From an uncultured Desulfurococcales archaeon (lineage in GTDB: Archaea; Thermoproteota; Thermoprotei_A; EX4484-217-1), in assembly GCA_964564025.1 (NCBI GenBank), contig CAZLZO010000001.1, positions 16,348 to 80,347 on the forward strand: a DNA stretch of 64,000 nt. The letters run 5' to 3'. This document shows, piece after piece, positions 9,709 to 18,409 of the stretch; position 1 is the first letter of the stretch, and every line of letters starts with the position of its first letter. The notes beneath the pieces were generated by a model. The model was not told the origin of the DNA, made no database searches, and was given only the letters and a program-made list of their open reading frames with translations. A program made the translations under genes and the position numbers.

Positions 9709-10017
9709 TTGATAATAGCTTTACCCATAAGAGGAAAAGATATGCACAGTATTAAATATAGGGGCTCCTTTGCTAGAGCAAAGTACTTCATAATAGTTAA
9801 GCGTGAAGACAATAGAGTAGTAACACTAGGAACTATTAAAAACCCTTATAGGAATTTGAAGCGAAAAGCTGAGTCTCTAGTATTGAAAATGCTTAAGGAG
9901 AAAGGTGTTGAAGCAATTGTAGTACATGAAGCAAACCTAGAGCTAACTGAATTAGCCAAGGAAGTAGGTATTAGAATATTCTCCGGCAATTTAAACATGA
10001 GAAATAGAAGGTCCTAA
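9709..10017 (+). CDS. small NifB/NifX-like (dinitrogenase FeMo-cofactor-binding fold) protein
   Basis: 102 aa. Pattern 'IIALPIRGKD...FARAKYFIIV...GVEAIVVHEANLEL...GIRIF' resembles the NifX_NifB family. Weak. Confidence 0.3.
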   Translation: MIIALPIRGKDMHSIKYRGSFARAKYFIIVKREDNRVVTLGTIKNPYRNLKRKAESLVLKMLKEKGVEAIVVHEANLELTELAKEVGIRIFSGNLNMRNRRS

Positions 10018-10160
10018 GGGAGTGTTATTAGCGGAATTTTTATGAGGGATTCGGGATATATTTATTTTTAAAATACTTAGGAATAATGGAGTTACAATAG
10101 ATAAAAGATATTAAATAATCTTTCGAAATCAACTTTCAGAATCATTATCATGAAGGGTTA

Positions 10161-11027
10161 GTGTTTATGCTGAACGCATCATTACTTATTGTCCCAGTAA
10201 GTTTGTTAGTTATAGCGTTTATAGTATCATTGCTTGCTCGAGGAAAGCTGGGAATATATCTTTACTCAATACTTTCGGCAGTGGCATCTCTCTTCATGAT
10301 ATATATCGGCTTAGACGTCCTCTTATACGCCAATAAGCTTTCGTACATTGTGTTTTCATACGCTGCCGGAATGCTCTCCCTAGGACTTAACAGGTTAGAG
10401 CTCGTTGTCGACCCCGTTTCAGCAGTTTTTCTTGTAGCGCTTGGAATTTTAGGTTTAGCCGTTTCAATATATTCACTAAATTATCTCGAACATTACATTG
10501 GCAAATATAGTCCAGAATTCTTTGGAACAACATATACGCTATTCTTAGCTTCAATGTACATGGTTTTGACAGTATATAATCTTGTTTGGTTCATAATATT
10601 CTGGGAGCTAATGACAGTTTTTTCACAATTCCTAGTAGCATACGAGTATAGGAGGGATGCAGCGCGTAAAGCGGCTTATAAATACTTCTTCATGGCTAAA
10701 GCAAGCTCGGAATTCATAATACTGTTCACATTACTTACACTTATTTACTTAGCAGGATTCAATCCCGACTACTTGAACGTGAAAATAGCTATTGCTCTTA
10801 CAGCTCAGCAAAACCCCATGCTAATAGCTGGGATTTTCATAGTTCTTCTAGTAGGGCTAAGCGTTAAGTCAGCAATATATCCTCTCCACTCATGGCTTCC
10901 CGATGCGCACTCTGAGGCTCCAAGCAATATATCAGCTCTATTAAGTGGCATAATGGTTAAAATGGCTATATATATGATGGTAAGATCTTTCGTATGGTTC
11001 GCACCACCGCTCATAACGCTTGTGTGA
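10161..11027 (+). CDS. Mrp/complex-I antiporter-like subunit (NuoL/MrpA/MrpD family), apparently C-terminally short
   Basis: 288 aa. 'WLPDAHSEAPSNISALLSGIMVKMAIYMMVR' is the proton-pumping antiporter-subunit signature, usually found mid-protein in ~500-aa subunits. ORF ends ~50 aa after it. Confidence 0.55.
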   Translation: MFMLNASLLIVPVSLLVIAFIVSLLARGKLGIYLYSILSAVASLFMIYIGLDVLLYANKLSYIVFSYAAGMLSLGLNRLELVVDPVSAVFLVALGILGLAVSIYSLNYLEHYIGKYSPEFFGTTYTLFLASMYMVLTVYNLVWFIIFWELMTVFSQFLVAYEYRRDAARKAAYKYFFMAKASSEFIILFTLLTLIYLAGFNPDYLNVKIAIALTAQQNPMLIAGIFIVLLVGLSVKSAIYPLHSWLPDAHSEAPSNISALLSGIMVKMAIYMMVRSFVWFAPPLITLV

Positions 11028-11039
11028 GGTGCTTGGAGA

Positions 11040-11330
11040 GTGGACACTTCACCTATACTTTCAATATTTCTTCCCGCGATTTTCGCAGTATTTCTTACAT
11101 CATTTACACTTTACATTGTAAGGATAGTTAAGGGGCCAACGGTTTTCGACATGGCATTGGCTGTTGACTGCTTAGCTTTCGATTTAGCGGTATTCATAGC
11201 CCTACTTTCACTGTACTATGATACACCGTTTCTAATAGCTGGCGCTATCGCATTAGCTCTCTGGGCCTATATTCTCGATATCTACATTTCCAAATACTTT
11301 TTAACAAAAGAGCTTGGAGGTCGTAAATGA
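11040..11330 (+). CDS. Mrp antiporter subunit F (MrpF/PhaF family)
   Basis: 96 aa. 'VKGPTVFDMALAVDCLAFDLAVFIAL'. Confidence 0.6.
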   Translation: MDTSPILSIFLPAIFAVFLTSFTLYIVRIVKGPTVFDMALAVDCLAFDLAVFIALLSLYYDTPFLIAGAIALALWAYILDIYISKYFLTKELGGRK

Positions 11331-11746
11331 AAATGTTTGAACCACTAGAATACATAATCTTAGCATTGGGAATGATTCTAGTTGCAATAGGGGCGTTCTG
11401 TGATTTAGCTGGAGCATTAGGTATGGTTAGGTTTCCTAATTTCTTCGTTAGATTACATGCTGCAACAGTAGGATCAATAGGAGGAGCGGTTATACCCTTA
11501 ATAGGTGTGGCTTTAATAGCTTCAGTATCTGATCAACTTGGATTCTTCAAATGGGCAATTAGTGGAGGAGCCTTAGTGGCTGCTCTCATAATTCTTCTCG
11601 TTGCTCCAGCAGGATCTCACGCACTTGCATATTCTGCACATAAGTCTAGAGCTGTACCTGTAGAGCCGAAGGTTTGTGATCTACTTGAAGAACATGAGAG
11701 AGCGAAAGCTCAAAGAAAAGTTGGCGAAAAAGGTGAAGAAGCATGA
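11327..11746 (+). CDS. Mrp antiporter subunit G (MnhG/PhaG family)
   Basis: 139 aa. 'GMVRFPNFFVRLHAATVGS' motif. 4-bp overlap with the F subunit. Confidence 0.65.
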   Translation: MKMFEPLEYIILALGMILVAIGAFCDLAGALGMVRFPNFFVRLHAATVGSIGGAVIPLIGVALIASVSDQLGFFKWAISGGALVAALIILLVAPAGSHALAYSAHKSRAVPVEPKVCDLLEEHERAKAQRKVGEKGEEA

Positions 11747-11997
11747 TATCAACAGGTTTACTCATAATAGCTTATTTAGCGACTGTTGCAGTAGTTTTCA
11801 CGTATAAGGCTATTACTGAAAAGGATCTCATAAAAGCTATCGTATATTCTGCTGGTCAATCAGTAGCTTACGCTATAGCTTACGCTACACTATTAGCTCC
11901 CGACATAATGTTAGCCTATATCGCCATAGGTGTAGGTGTATATTCAATAATCCTACTCTATGTTATTTCAAAAACAAGCAGATTTGAGGAGGCGTAA
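11743..11997 (+). CDS. small membrane subunit, MrpB-N/DUF4040-like
   Basis: 84 aa, two to three TM helices. 4-bp overlap with the upstream gene. Confidence 0.35.
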   Translation: MISTGLLIIAYLATVAVVFTYKAITEKDLIKAIVYSAGQSVAYAIAYATLLAPDIMLAYIAIGVGVYSIILLYVISKTSRFEEA

Positions 11998-12002
11998 TTA
12001 GT

Positions 12003-12815
12003 ATGGAAAGCATTAAAGCACTCTTCGTAGTCTTGACGATAATAGCTTTTGCGCTAGTAATAACATATATTAGCTATGGTACAGTAGGTTATTCACCTAA
12101 GGAAGAAATTAGGCCCTTAGGGGAGTATTTCGTAAAGTTCACGTTTAACGAGGAAGAAAAAACTTGGTGGGCAGCATCACCAGAAACAATAACGGCAACT
12201 CTTTGGGACTATAGAGGTTTAGACACAGTCTATGAGACCACAGTATTTTACCTTGCAGTAATAGGGTGCTTAGCTATCTTTAGACTTAGGAAACCATCAT
12301 TTCTTAGAGAACTAGAAGATAAAGGAGGAGTAGAATTAACAGTTATTGTAAAAGTCGTTACAAGCATTATTGTTGCAGCAATACTTTTAATATCAATAGA
12401 CATAACTCTACACGGACACATAACCCCTGGTGGAGGTTTCCAAGCAGGCTCAGCATTCGCTGTAGCACCACTTCTCCTAATAGCCGCATTCTCTAGAAGC
12501 TTTCTTGAAAAACTAGGGTTCAAAATAAACATTTCACATACCTTAAGAACCATAGGATTACTTATAATAGTTTTCGTAGCTATTCTTCCACCCTTACTTT
12601 CAGGCTTTATCTTACAGAACCAGCCAAAACCATGGGCGCCTTTCCCCGGATACCCTGTGAAACTAGGACCATTTGAACTAGGGGGCTCACTATTTTACCT
12701 TGATGTTGGAGAGTACTTGAATATAGCTATGGGCTTCCTAGCAATATTCCTTCTAATCTCATTACCGGAGAATGTGTTTAAGAAAGATATGGAGGGTGTT
12801 GAGGGTGGAGCTTGA
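12003..12815 (+). CDS. Mrp antiporter subunit B-like membrane protein
   Basis: 270 aa, polytopic. Position and size fit MnhB/MbhE-like subunits. Confidence 0.45.
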   Translation: MESIKALFVVLTIIAFALVITYISYGTVGYSPKEEIRPLGEYFVKFTFNEEEKTWWAASPETITATLWDYRGLDTVYETTVFYLAVIGCLAIFRLRKPSFLRELEDKGGVELTVIVKVVTSIIVAAILLISIDITLHGHITPGGGFQAGSAFAVAPLLLIAAFSRSFLEKLGFKINISHTLRTIGLLIIVFVAILPPLLSGFILQNQPKPWAPFPGYPVKLGPFELGGSLFYLDVGEYLNIAMGFLAIFLLISLPENVFKKDMEGVEGGA

Positions 12816-13200
12816 AACATTAATTGTAACTTACGTTTATGCAATGTTCTTCACGGTTTTCGCTATAGCGCTCTATGGAGTTGTTATTAAACCTAATATT
12901 GTAAAGAAGATAATTGCGTTATCTATCTTAGGCGATACAGCAAATACAATAATAATATTCTTAGGCTACCGCACTGCAGCCAAACCTTTGCCTCCAATAT
13001 TTCCTGAAAGAATATTCTCAAGGGATACTCTTGAAATGCTTCTTTCAAGAACAGTCGATCCAACACCTCAAGTATTGGTAATTACAGCTATCGTAATTAA
13101 CATGGCCGTTACAGCTTTGCTTACTTTTCTCGCAATCCAAGTTTATAGGTTATATGGTACACTTGACTTTAGAAAGATTATTAAGATGAGAGGTTGGTGA
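12772..13200 (+). CDS. Mrp antiporter subunit C (NuoK/MnhC family)
   Basis: 142 aa. 'IIALSILGDTANTIIIFLGYR' NuoK-like motif. ORF-track start overlaps the upstream gene by 44 bp, so the real start is probably further downstream. Confidence 0.55.
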   Translation: MCLRKIWRVLRVELETLIVTYVYAMFFTVFAIALYGVVIKPNIVKKIIALSILGDTANTIIIFLGYRTAAKPLPPIFPERIFSRDTLEMLLSRTVDPTPQVLVITAIVINMAVTALLTFLAIQVYRLYGTLDFRKIIKMRGW

Positions 13201-13712
13201 AAACCATGGCAAATTATGCTAAAATAGTGCTTATAGCAATACCCCTATTCATACTCTACCTCTTATTTGCCGGAACATTTAGCGTAGAAGACATAGTGTT
13301 TGGAGCATTAGCTTCGCTCATAGTTTCCACGTTGATTTCCGAAGTTCTCGTAAAACAGCATAAGAAGCTTATGGAGCTAAGTAGGCTAGCGGTTCTTATC
13401 AAGTATTTCTTCCACTACATTATAGCAATAGAGTTTAGAGCGCACTCAGACGTTATTAAGAGAATATTTAGCCCTAAAATGCCTATAAATCCGGGAATAG
13501 TTAGAGTACCTTATCATGTTGAAACAGACTACGCTCTCGTAACAATAGCTAATTCAATAACAAACACCCCAGGAACAGTAGTCGTCGATGTTGATAAGGA
13601 AGAGAAGAAGCTTTTCGTACATTGGATTGATGTTAAGGGTATTGATGAGAAATTAACTTATGAGAAAATATCTAAAACCTTCGAAGAATATGCTAAAAGA
13701 ATTTTCGATTAG
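13194..13712 (+). CDS. Mrp antiporter subunit E-like
   Basis: 172 aa. N-terminal TM helices plus a soluble C-terminal part. Position fits MrpE. Confidence 0.4.
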   Translation: MVKTMANYAKIVLIAIPLFILYLLFAGTFSVEDIVFGALASLIVSTLISEVLVKQHKKLMELSRLAVLIKYFFHYIIAIEFRAHSDVIKRIFSPKMPINPGIVRVPYHVETDYALVTIANSITNTPGTVVVDVDKEEKKLFVHWIDVKGIDEKLTYEKISKTFEEYAKRIFD

Positions 13713-13725
13713 TTTGGGGTGAGAT

Positions 13726-15330
13726 ATGATGGTTGAACAATTAATACCCTACTACAACGTGGCGATAGCCTCTCTTCCAGGATTAGCCGTACTCATATGT
13801 GCAACAGGAGCTTTCGCCTTACCACTAATAGCGTTAGTTATTAAAGATAGAAGGGTTTGGGGAGTATATAACCTCATAATATCGTTTATTGTAGCCCTAA
13901 TTTCATATAGACTGCTTTTAGCAGTGCTTGAAGTAGGTAAGCCATTAATATACACGTTTAGCGGTTGGCCCGCACCTTTGGGAATAGTTTATGAAGTTGA
14001 TGTTTTCAACGGACTTCTAGGAGTAATGGTTACTTCAATAATGTTCTTAGTTACACTTTATAGTTTAAAATACATGGAACATGACGATGGTTTACAATGG
14101 TACTACACTTTGCTTTTAGGCATTGAAGCAGGAATGCTGGGATGTCTCTATACCGGCGACTTCTTTAACCTATTCGTAATGATTGAGGTAACTAGTGTTT
14201 CAGCCTACGCCTTAGTAGCTTTTAGAAGATACAATAAGATAGCTATCGAAGCTGCAATGAAATACGCTATTTTCGGAGCATTAGCTACGACAATGTACTT
14301 TACGGCAATAATTTTCGCCTATGGAAGCTTAGGCACATTAAACATGGCGGACATGGCATTGAAAATAGCCGGTTTAGAGAATGTTCCGGTAACCAATGGT
14401 CCCTTTGGAGTAGTGCATTATGGTTTAGCTTTATTCATAGTTTTTGCGCTCTGGTCGTTTACGTTTAAGGCTGCGCTTTTCCCCAACCACTTCTGGCTTC
14501 CTGACGCTCATGCTGCAGCACCTTCATCCGTTTCAGCAATTCTTTCGGGATTAGTTGTTAAAGTTGGAATATATGCTATTGCAAGATTTGTTTACACAAT
14601 ATTCTTAGGTTCAGGGGGGCTGAAAAACCTAGTTAACATTGTTCTTGCAGTACTGTTCATAGCCGGTGTTGCATCAGCCTTTTTAGGATCAATACTTATG
14701 CTTGTTCAAAAAGATCTAAAGAGACTAATAGCTTACAGTACTATACTCAATATAGGGTATATTTCCATAGGGCTTGGACTAGGGAATTTACTGGGGATAG
14801 TGGCTGCAATATACCACATAATCAATCATGCCATTGCTAAGTCAGCGCTCTTCCTTTCAGCCGGTGTATATATTCACTCCTTCAAAACTAGGGAAATAGA
14901 GAAACTCTCCGGCGTAGGAAGACTGCTTCCTATCACAACATTCTCGTTCATTATTACGGCATTTGCTTTAGCAGGAATACCGCCCTTAAATGCTTTTATG
15001 AGCAAATTCCTGCTTTACGGAGCACTTGTAGGTAAACATCCTGCACTAGCATTACTAGTGATAATACCAAGTATTCTTGCATTCCTAGCTTACCTAAAAA
15101 TAATTTATGTGGTATACGTTAAGCCTTTACCTCAGGAGGAATCAAAATATAATGTAAAAGAGTCTTTGATAATGACGATACCTATTTTCATATTAGCATT
15201 GGCATGTATAGTAATAGGAATACTTACACCCTACATAGTAGACAACTACATAATACCTGCTGCTCACTCAGTAATAGACACTAGAAGCTATGTTGAATCA
15301 ATGCTAGAGATAGCTAAAGTACTTCCGTAA
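13726..15330 (+). CDS. Mrp antiporter subunit D (NuoN/NuoM-like proton-translocating subunit)
   Basis: 534 aa. 'FWLPDAHAAAPSSVSAILSGLVVKVGIYAIARF'. Confidence 0.7.
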   Translation: MMVEQLIPYYNVAIASLPGLAVLICATGAFALPLIALVIKDRRVWGVYNLIISFIVALISYRLLLAVLEVGKPLIYTFSGWPAPLGIVYEVDVFNGLLGVMVTSIMFLVTLYSLKYMEHDDGLQWYYTLLLGIEAGMLGCLYTGDFFNLFVMIEVTSVSAYALVAFRRYNKIAIEAAMKYAIFGALATTMYFTAIIFAYGSLGTLNMADMALKIAGLENVPVTNGPFGVVHYGLALFIVFALWSFTFKAALFPNHFWLPDAHAAAPSSVSAILSGLVVKVGIYAIARFVYTIFLGSGGLKNLVNIVLAVLFIAGVASAFLGSILMLVQKDLKRLIAYSTILNIGYISIGLGLGNLLGIVAAIYHIINHAIAKSALFLSAGVYIHSFKTREIEKLSGVGRLLPITTFSFIITAFALAGIPPLNAFMSKFLLYGALVGKHPALALLVIIPSILAFLAYLKIIYVVYVKPLPQEESKYNVKESLIMTIPIFILALACIVIGILTPYIVDNYIIPAAHSVIDTRSYVESMLEIAKVLP

Positions 15331-15376
15331 AGAAAATACTGTAGCTAAACCTATCCTACATAGTAGGAGTGCATGT

Positions 15377-17518
15377 ATGGTATTTCAGAAGTTTCTACAA
15401 GAGCTACGGAGGAAAAATAGTAGAGGACTTATAGTGGTTACAGGTAATCCAGAAGATTCTCTTAAAAAACTTGCCTTACTAAACATAGACAATATTCTCT
15501 ACGTGAAAGGCTATGGAAAATCATCAGATAACATCGCTAACACTGTTCAACATTTTCTTAGAGGAAAGAATATTTCACATACTAAGACACCTTCTGAAGT
15601 ATTTAGAAGACTAGGAGAAGAATATAACTATGTACTTCTAGACGTTTACGAAACACTTAGGCCAAATATTGTAGCCGCATCAGCTGAAATGGTTAAAGCC
15701 GGAGGAGCATTAATCCTAATTACAGCACCTTGGAACAGTTGGAATCCTACACCCTTAAATGGGTATTCTGAAGAACACTTTACTAAGTATATTAAAGAAA
15801 GAGTATTGAAAGCTCATCCATTGCTCATATATGATTGCTCAGCTGACAAACCTATCGTGGTAAAGTATCCAAAAACAACAGTGGCACTTGCTAAAGAGGA
15901 AAAAATAGATTATAAGAAATTTAAAGCCCATAAGCAACTACTTAAGCTTTGCATAACTGAAGAGCAAGCTCTATTTCTTGAAAAGTTCATTGAATTAATG
16001 AGAACAAAGCACAAGGTACTTTTAGTTAAAGGCAATAGAGGTAGAGGTAAAAGTTCAGCTTTAGGCTTATCTTTAGCTCAAGCCATTTTAGCAAGATACA
16101 TAGGGAATGCTGTCGTAACTGCACCATCGCTTGAAAGCGTTCAGCCGCTCATGAAAATGCTTAGAAAAGCTCTTTCAGCATTAAACATAAAATATAGAGT
16201 TGCTAAGCGAAATGGTTTAGTAAAAACGGTTTATGGTCCATGGTTTAAGGTTGAATATAAAGAACCAGCATTAACTGAAGGAGCGGCATTAACAGTCATA
16301 GATGAAGCATCAGCTATAGGTGTCGCTAGGTTAAGAAGAATTGTTTGGAAGTCTCATAAAATAATTGCTGCAACAACCATTCATGGATACGAAGGATCAG
16401 GCCATGTTCTAGAGCAAGTAGTTATGAAGAGTCTTCCAAACCCTATGGTTGTTGTTTTCAAGAAACCCATAAGATATGGAGTTAATGACCCATTAGAACA
16501 ATGGCTTTACGAAACATTTCTTTTAAACATCGAGCCCTATACTGTTTCTGAAGGAAAGGTGAAATACGTAAGTGTGAATAAAGCTGAACTCGTTAAAAAT
16601 CATGAATTGCTAAGGAGAATGTATGGATTATTAGTTATTGCTCACTACAGAAACATGCCTGATGATCTCGTTACTCTATTAGATGCTAAACACCATTTAA
16701 TTAGAGCTTTAATTAATGATAAAGGTGAAGTAGTTGCCGTAGCGCAGCTAGCTATAGAAAATGGGCGTAAAGAGATTCTACCTAAAAATATCGGTAAGGG
16801 ACTTTTAATTATTGATAAATTCGCTAAATATGGTGTTAACGAAGCCGTGAAAACAGTAGGTATTAGGGTAGTTAGAATTGCTGTGCACCCCGGTCTTCAA
16901 AGAAAAGGCTATGGTTCATTATTGCTGGAGAGTATAGAGAAAGAATTTTCAAATATGGACTGGGTAGCTTCTATTTTCTCAAGAAACGAAGTACTTCACT
17001 TCTGGGTTAAAAATGGTTACAACGTTTTTTACATTTCACCGAGATACAATAAGGTTACTGGAGAGAAAAATATTGCAGTTATTAAACCTTTAAGTGATGG
17101 CTTCTCAAAAATTTTCGCAAAAATAGCGTATTTATTTAAAAGGAAGCTCATACTCTCTTCCAATAGTGTTTATAGAGATGTACAAGCAGAAGTGCTAGTT
17201 GAAGCACTAAATAGCTTAGAGAAATTCAGTTTCAAAAGCATGTTTACTTTAGAAAAAGAGGACATAGTGAAGCTTAGAAAATACGTTGCTAACGAAATAC
17301 CATACCATGAACACATTTATGATGTTATATTTATGCTTACAGCTAAGCTCGTTATGGAGGGAGGATTCAGTATTCTAGGGAATAGCGAAAAATTGGCATT
17401 GGTAATAAGGTTTCTTCAGGGAAAACCTTTAAACATAGTTTCTGAAGTTCTGAAAATACCTTCGAATAATGTTGAAGAACTTTTAAGAAACATATTTAAG
17501 AAGATACCATACATGTAA
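15377..17518 (+). CDS. tmcA: tRNA(Met) cytidine acetyltransferase TmcA (Nat10/Kre33 homolog)
   Basis: 713 aa. DUF699-type helicase Walker A 'GNRGRGKSSALG'. C-terminal GNAT acetyltransferase 'RIAVHPGLQRKGYGSLLLESIE'. Confidence 0.8.
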   Translation: MVFQKFLQELRRKNSRGLIVVTGNPEDSLKKLALLNIDNILYVKGYGKSSDNIANTVQHFLRGKNISHTKTPSEVFRRLGEEYNYVLLDVYETLRPNIVAASAEMVKAGGALILITAPWNSWNPTPLNGYSEEHFTKYIKERVLKAHPLLIYDCSADKPIVVKYPKTTVALAKEEKIDYKKFKAHKQLLKLCITEEQALFLEKFIELMRTKHKVLLVKGNRGRGKSSALGLSLAQAILARYIGNAVVTAPSLESVQPLMKMLRKALSALNIKYRVAKRNGLVKTVYGPWFKVEYKEPALTEGAALTVIDEASAIGVARLRRIVWKSHKIIAATTIHGYEGSGHVLEQVVMKSLPNPMVVVFKKPIRYGVNDPLEQWLYETFLLNIEPYTVSEGKVKYVSVNKAELVKNHELLRRMYGLLVIAHYRNMPDDLVTLLDAKHHLIRALINDKGEVVAVAQLAIENGRKEILPKNIGKGLLIIDKFAKYGVNEAVKTVGIRVVRIAVHPGLQRKGYGSLLLESIEKEFSNMDWVASIFSRNEVLHFWVKNGYNVFYISPRYNKVTGEKNIAVIKPLSDGFSKIFAKIAYLFKRKLILSSNSVYRDVQAEVLVEALNSLEKFSFKSMFTLEKEDIVKLRKYVANEIPYHEHIYDVIFMLTAKLVMEGGFSILGNSEKLALVIRFLQGKPLNIVSEVLKIPSNNVEELLRNIFKKIPYM

Positions 17519-17598
17519 CCTATTTTGAAAAATTGTTAAGTTTTAAATGTTTAACTTTAATGTGATATTTCGCAACCTATCTGACAATATGCTATTAA

Positions 17599-18330
17599 CT
17601 ATGTTTTAACATTTACTAGTGCGTCTAAAACTACTTTAGCTGCCACATCAACTTTCTCCTTTAGCTCTTCAGCGCTCGCTAGAGTAGCTTCTTCAGGCTT
17701 AACTAAGCTGTCACTCACAACTAATAGTGCCCCTGTTTTCACATTTCTCATCCATCCTAGCGAAAATATTACTGCACATTCCATTTCAACTGCTAGAATT
17801 CCTCTTTCACTCCATTTCCTAGCGAACTCCGGGTCTTCGGCATAGAAAGCATCGCTACTTAAAACTGGTCCGAGGAAATATTTTACACCATGTTTTTCTG
17901 CTGAGGAAACAAGAGCAGATGTTACCTCATGATGGGGTGCTGTAGGCATACATGCTTCATGAGCATACATTCCTATAGCGTTTCCTCCAGTGTAATATGC
18001 TGCCCCAGTCGCAATAACTATGTCTCCTTTACTAAGCTCCTTAACCATGCCTCCACATGTTCCAAGCCTTACAATAACTTTTGCTCCAAGCATTCTTAGT
18101 TCTTCAAAAACAATAGCTACGGAGGGTCCTCCTATACCATGTGTTGCAACAGTTACTGGAACACCTCTATAATAACCAGTGTATGTTAAGAAACCTCTGT
18201 TTGTATTAACTATTCTTGGTTTTTCAAGAAGCTTAGATACTTGCTTTACTCTAGCCGGGTCCCCAGCTATAATTACTCTTTCAGCTATATCTTCAGGTTT
18301 AGCTTTAATATGGAAAGGTGGGGAAGACAT
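17599..18330 (-). CDS. purine/uridine nucleoside phosphorylase (PNP/UDP family 1)
   Basis: 243 aa. 'IIAGDPARV', 'VATHGIGGPSVAIVFEEL', 'RLGTCGG', 'EMECAVI' motifs. 79 bp downstream of the double-SBP gene on the same strand. Confidence 0.75.
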   Translation of the reverse strand: MSSPPFHIKAKPEDIAERVIIAGDPARVKQVSKLLEKPRIVNTNRGFLTYTGYYRGVPVTVATHGIGGPSVAIVFEELRMLGAKVIVRLGTCGGMVKELSKGDIVIATGAAYYTGGNAIGMYAHEACMPTAPHHEVTSALVSSAEKHGVKYFLGPVLSSDAFYAEDPEFARKWSERGILAVEMECAVIFSLGWMRNVKTGALLVVSDSLVKPEEATLASAEELKEKVDVAAKVVLDALVNVKT

Positions 18331-18409
18331 TTTAACATAACCTAAGCTATAATGGTTTTAAATAGGAGTTTTAAGGTAAAGAAGAAAAATTTTGTTTTAA
18401 GGAAGAGAT

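Noticed and set aside
10805-11047. 80-aa minus-strand ORF overlapping the Mrp NuoL-like/MrpF junction
   Set aside because: Antisense to two membrane-subunit genes. No support.
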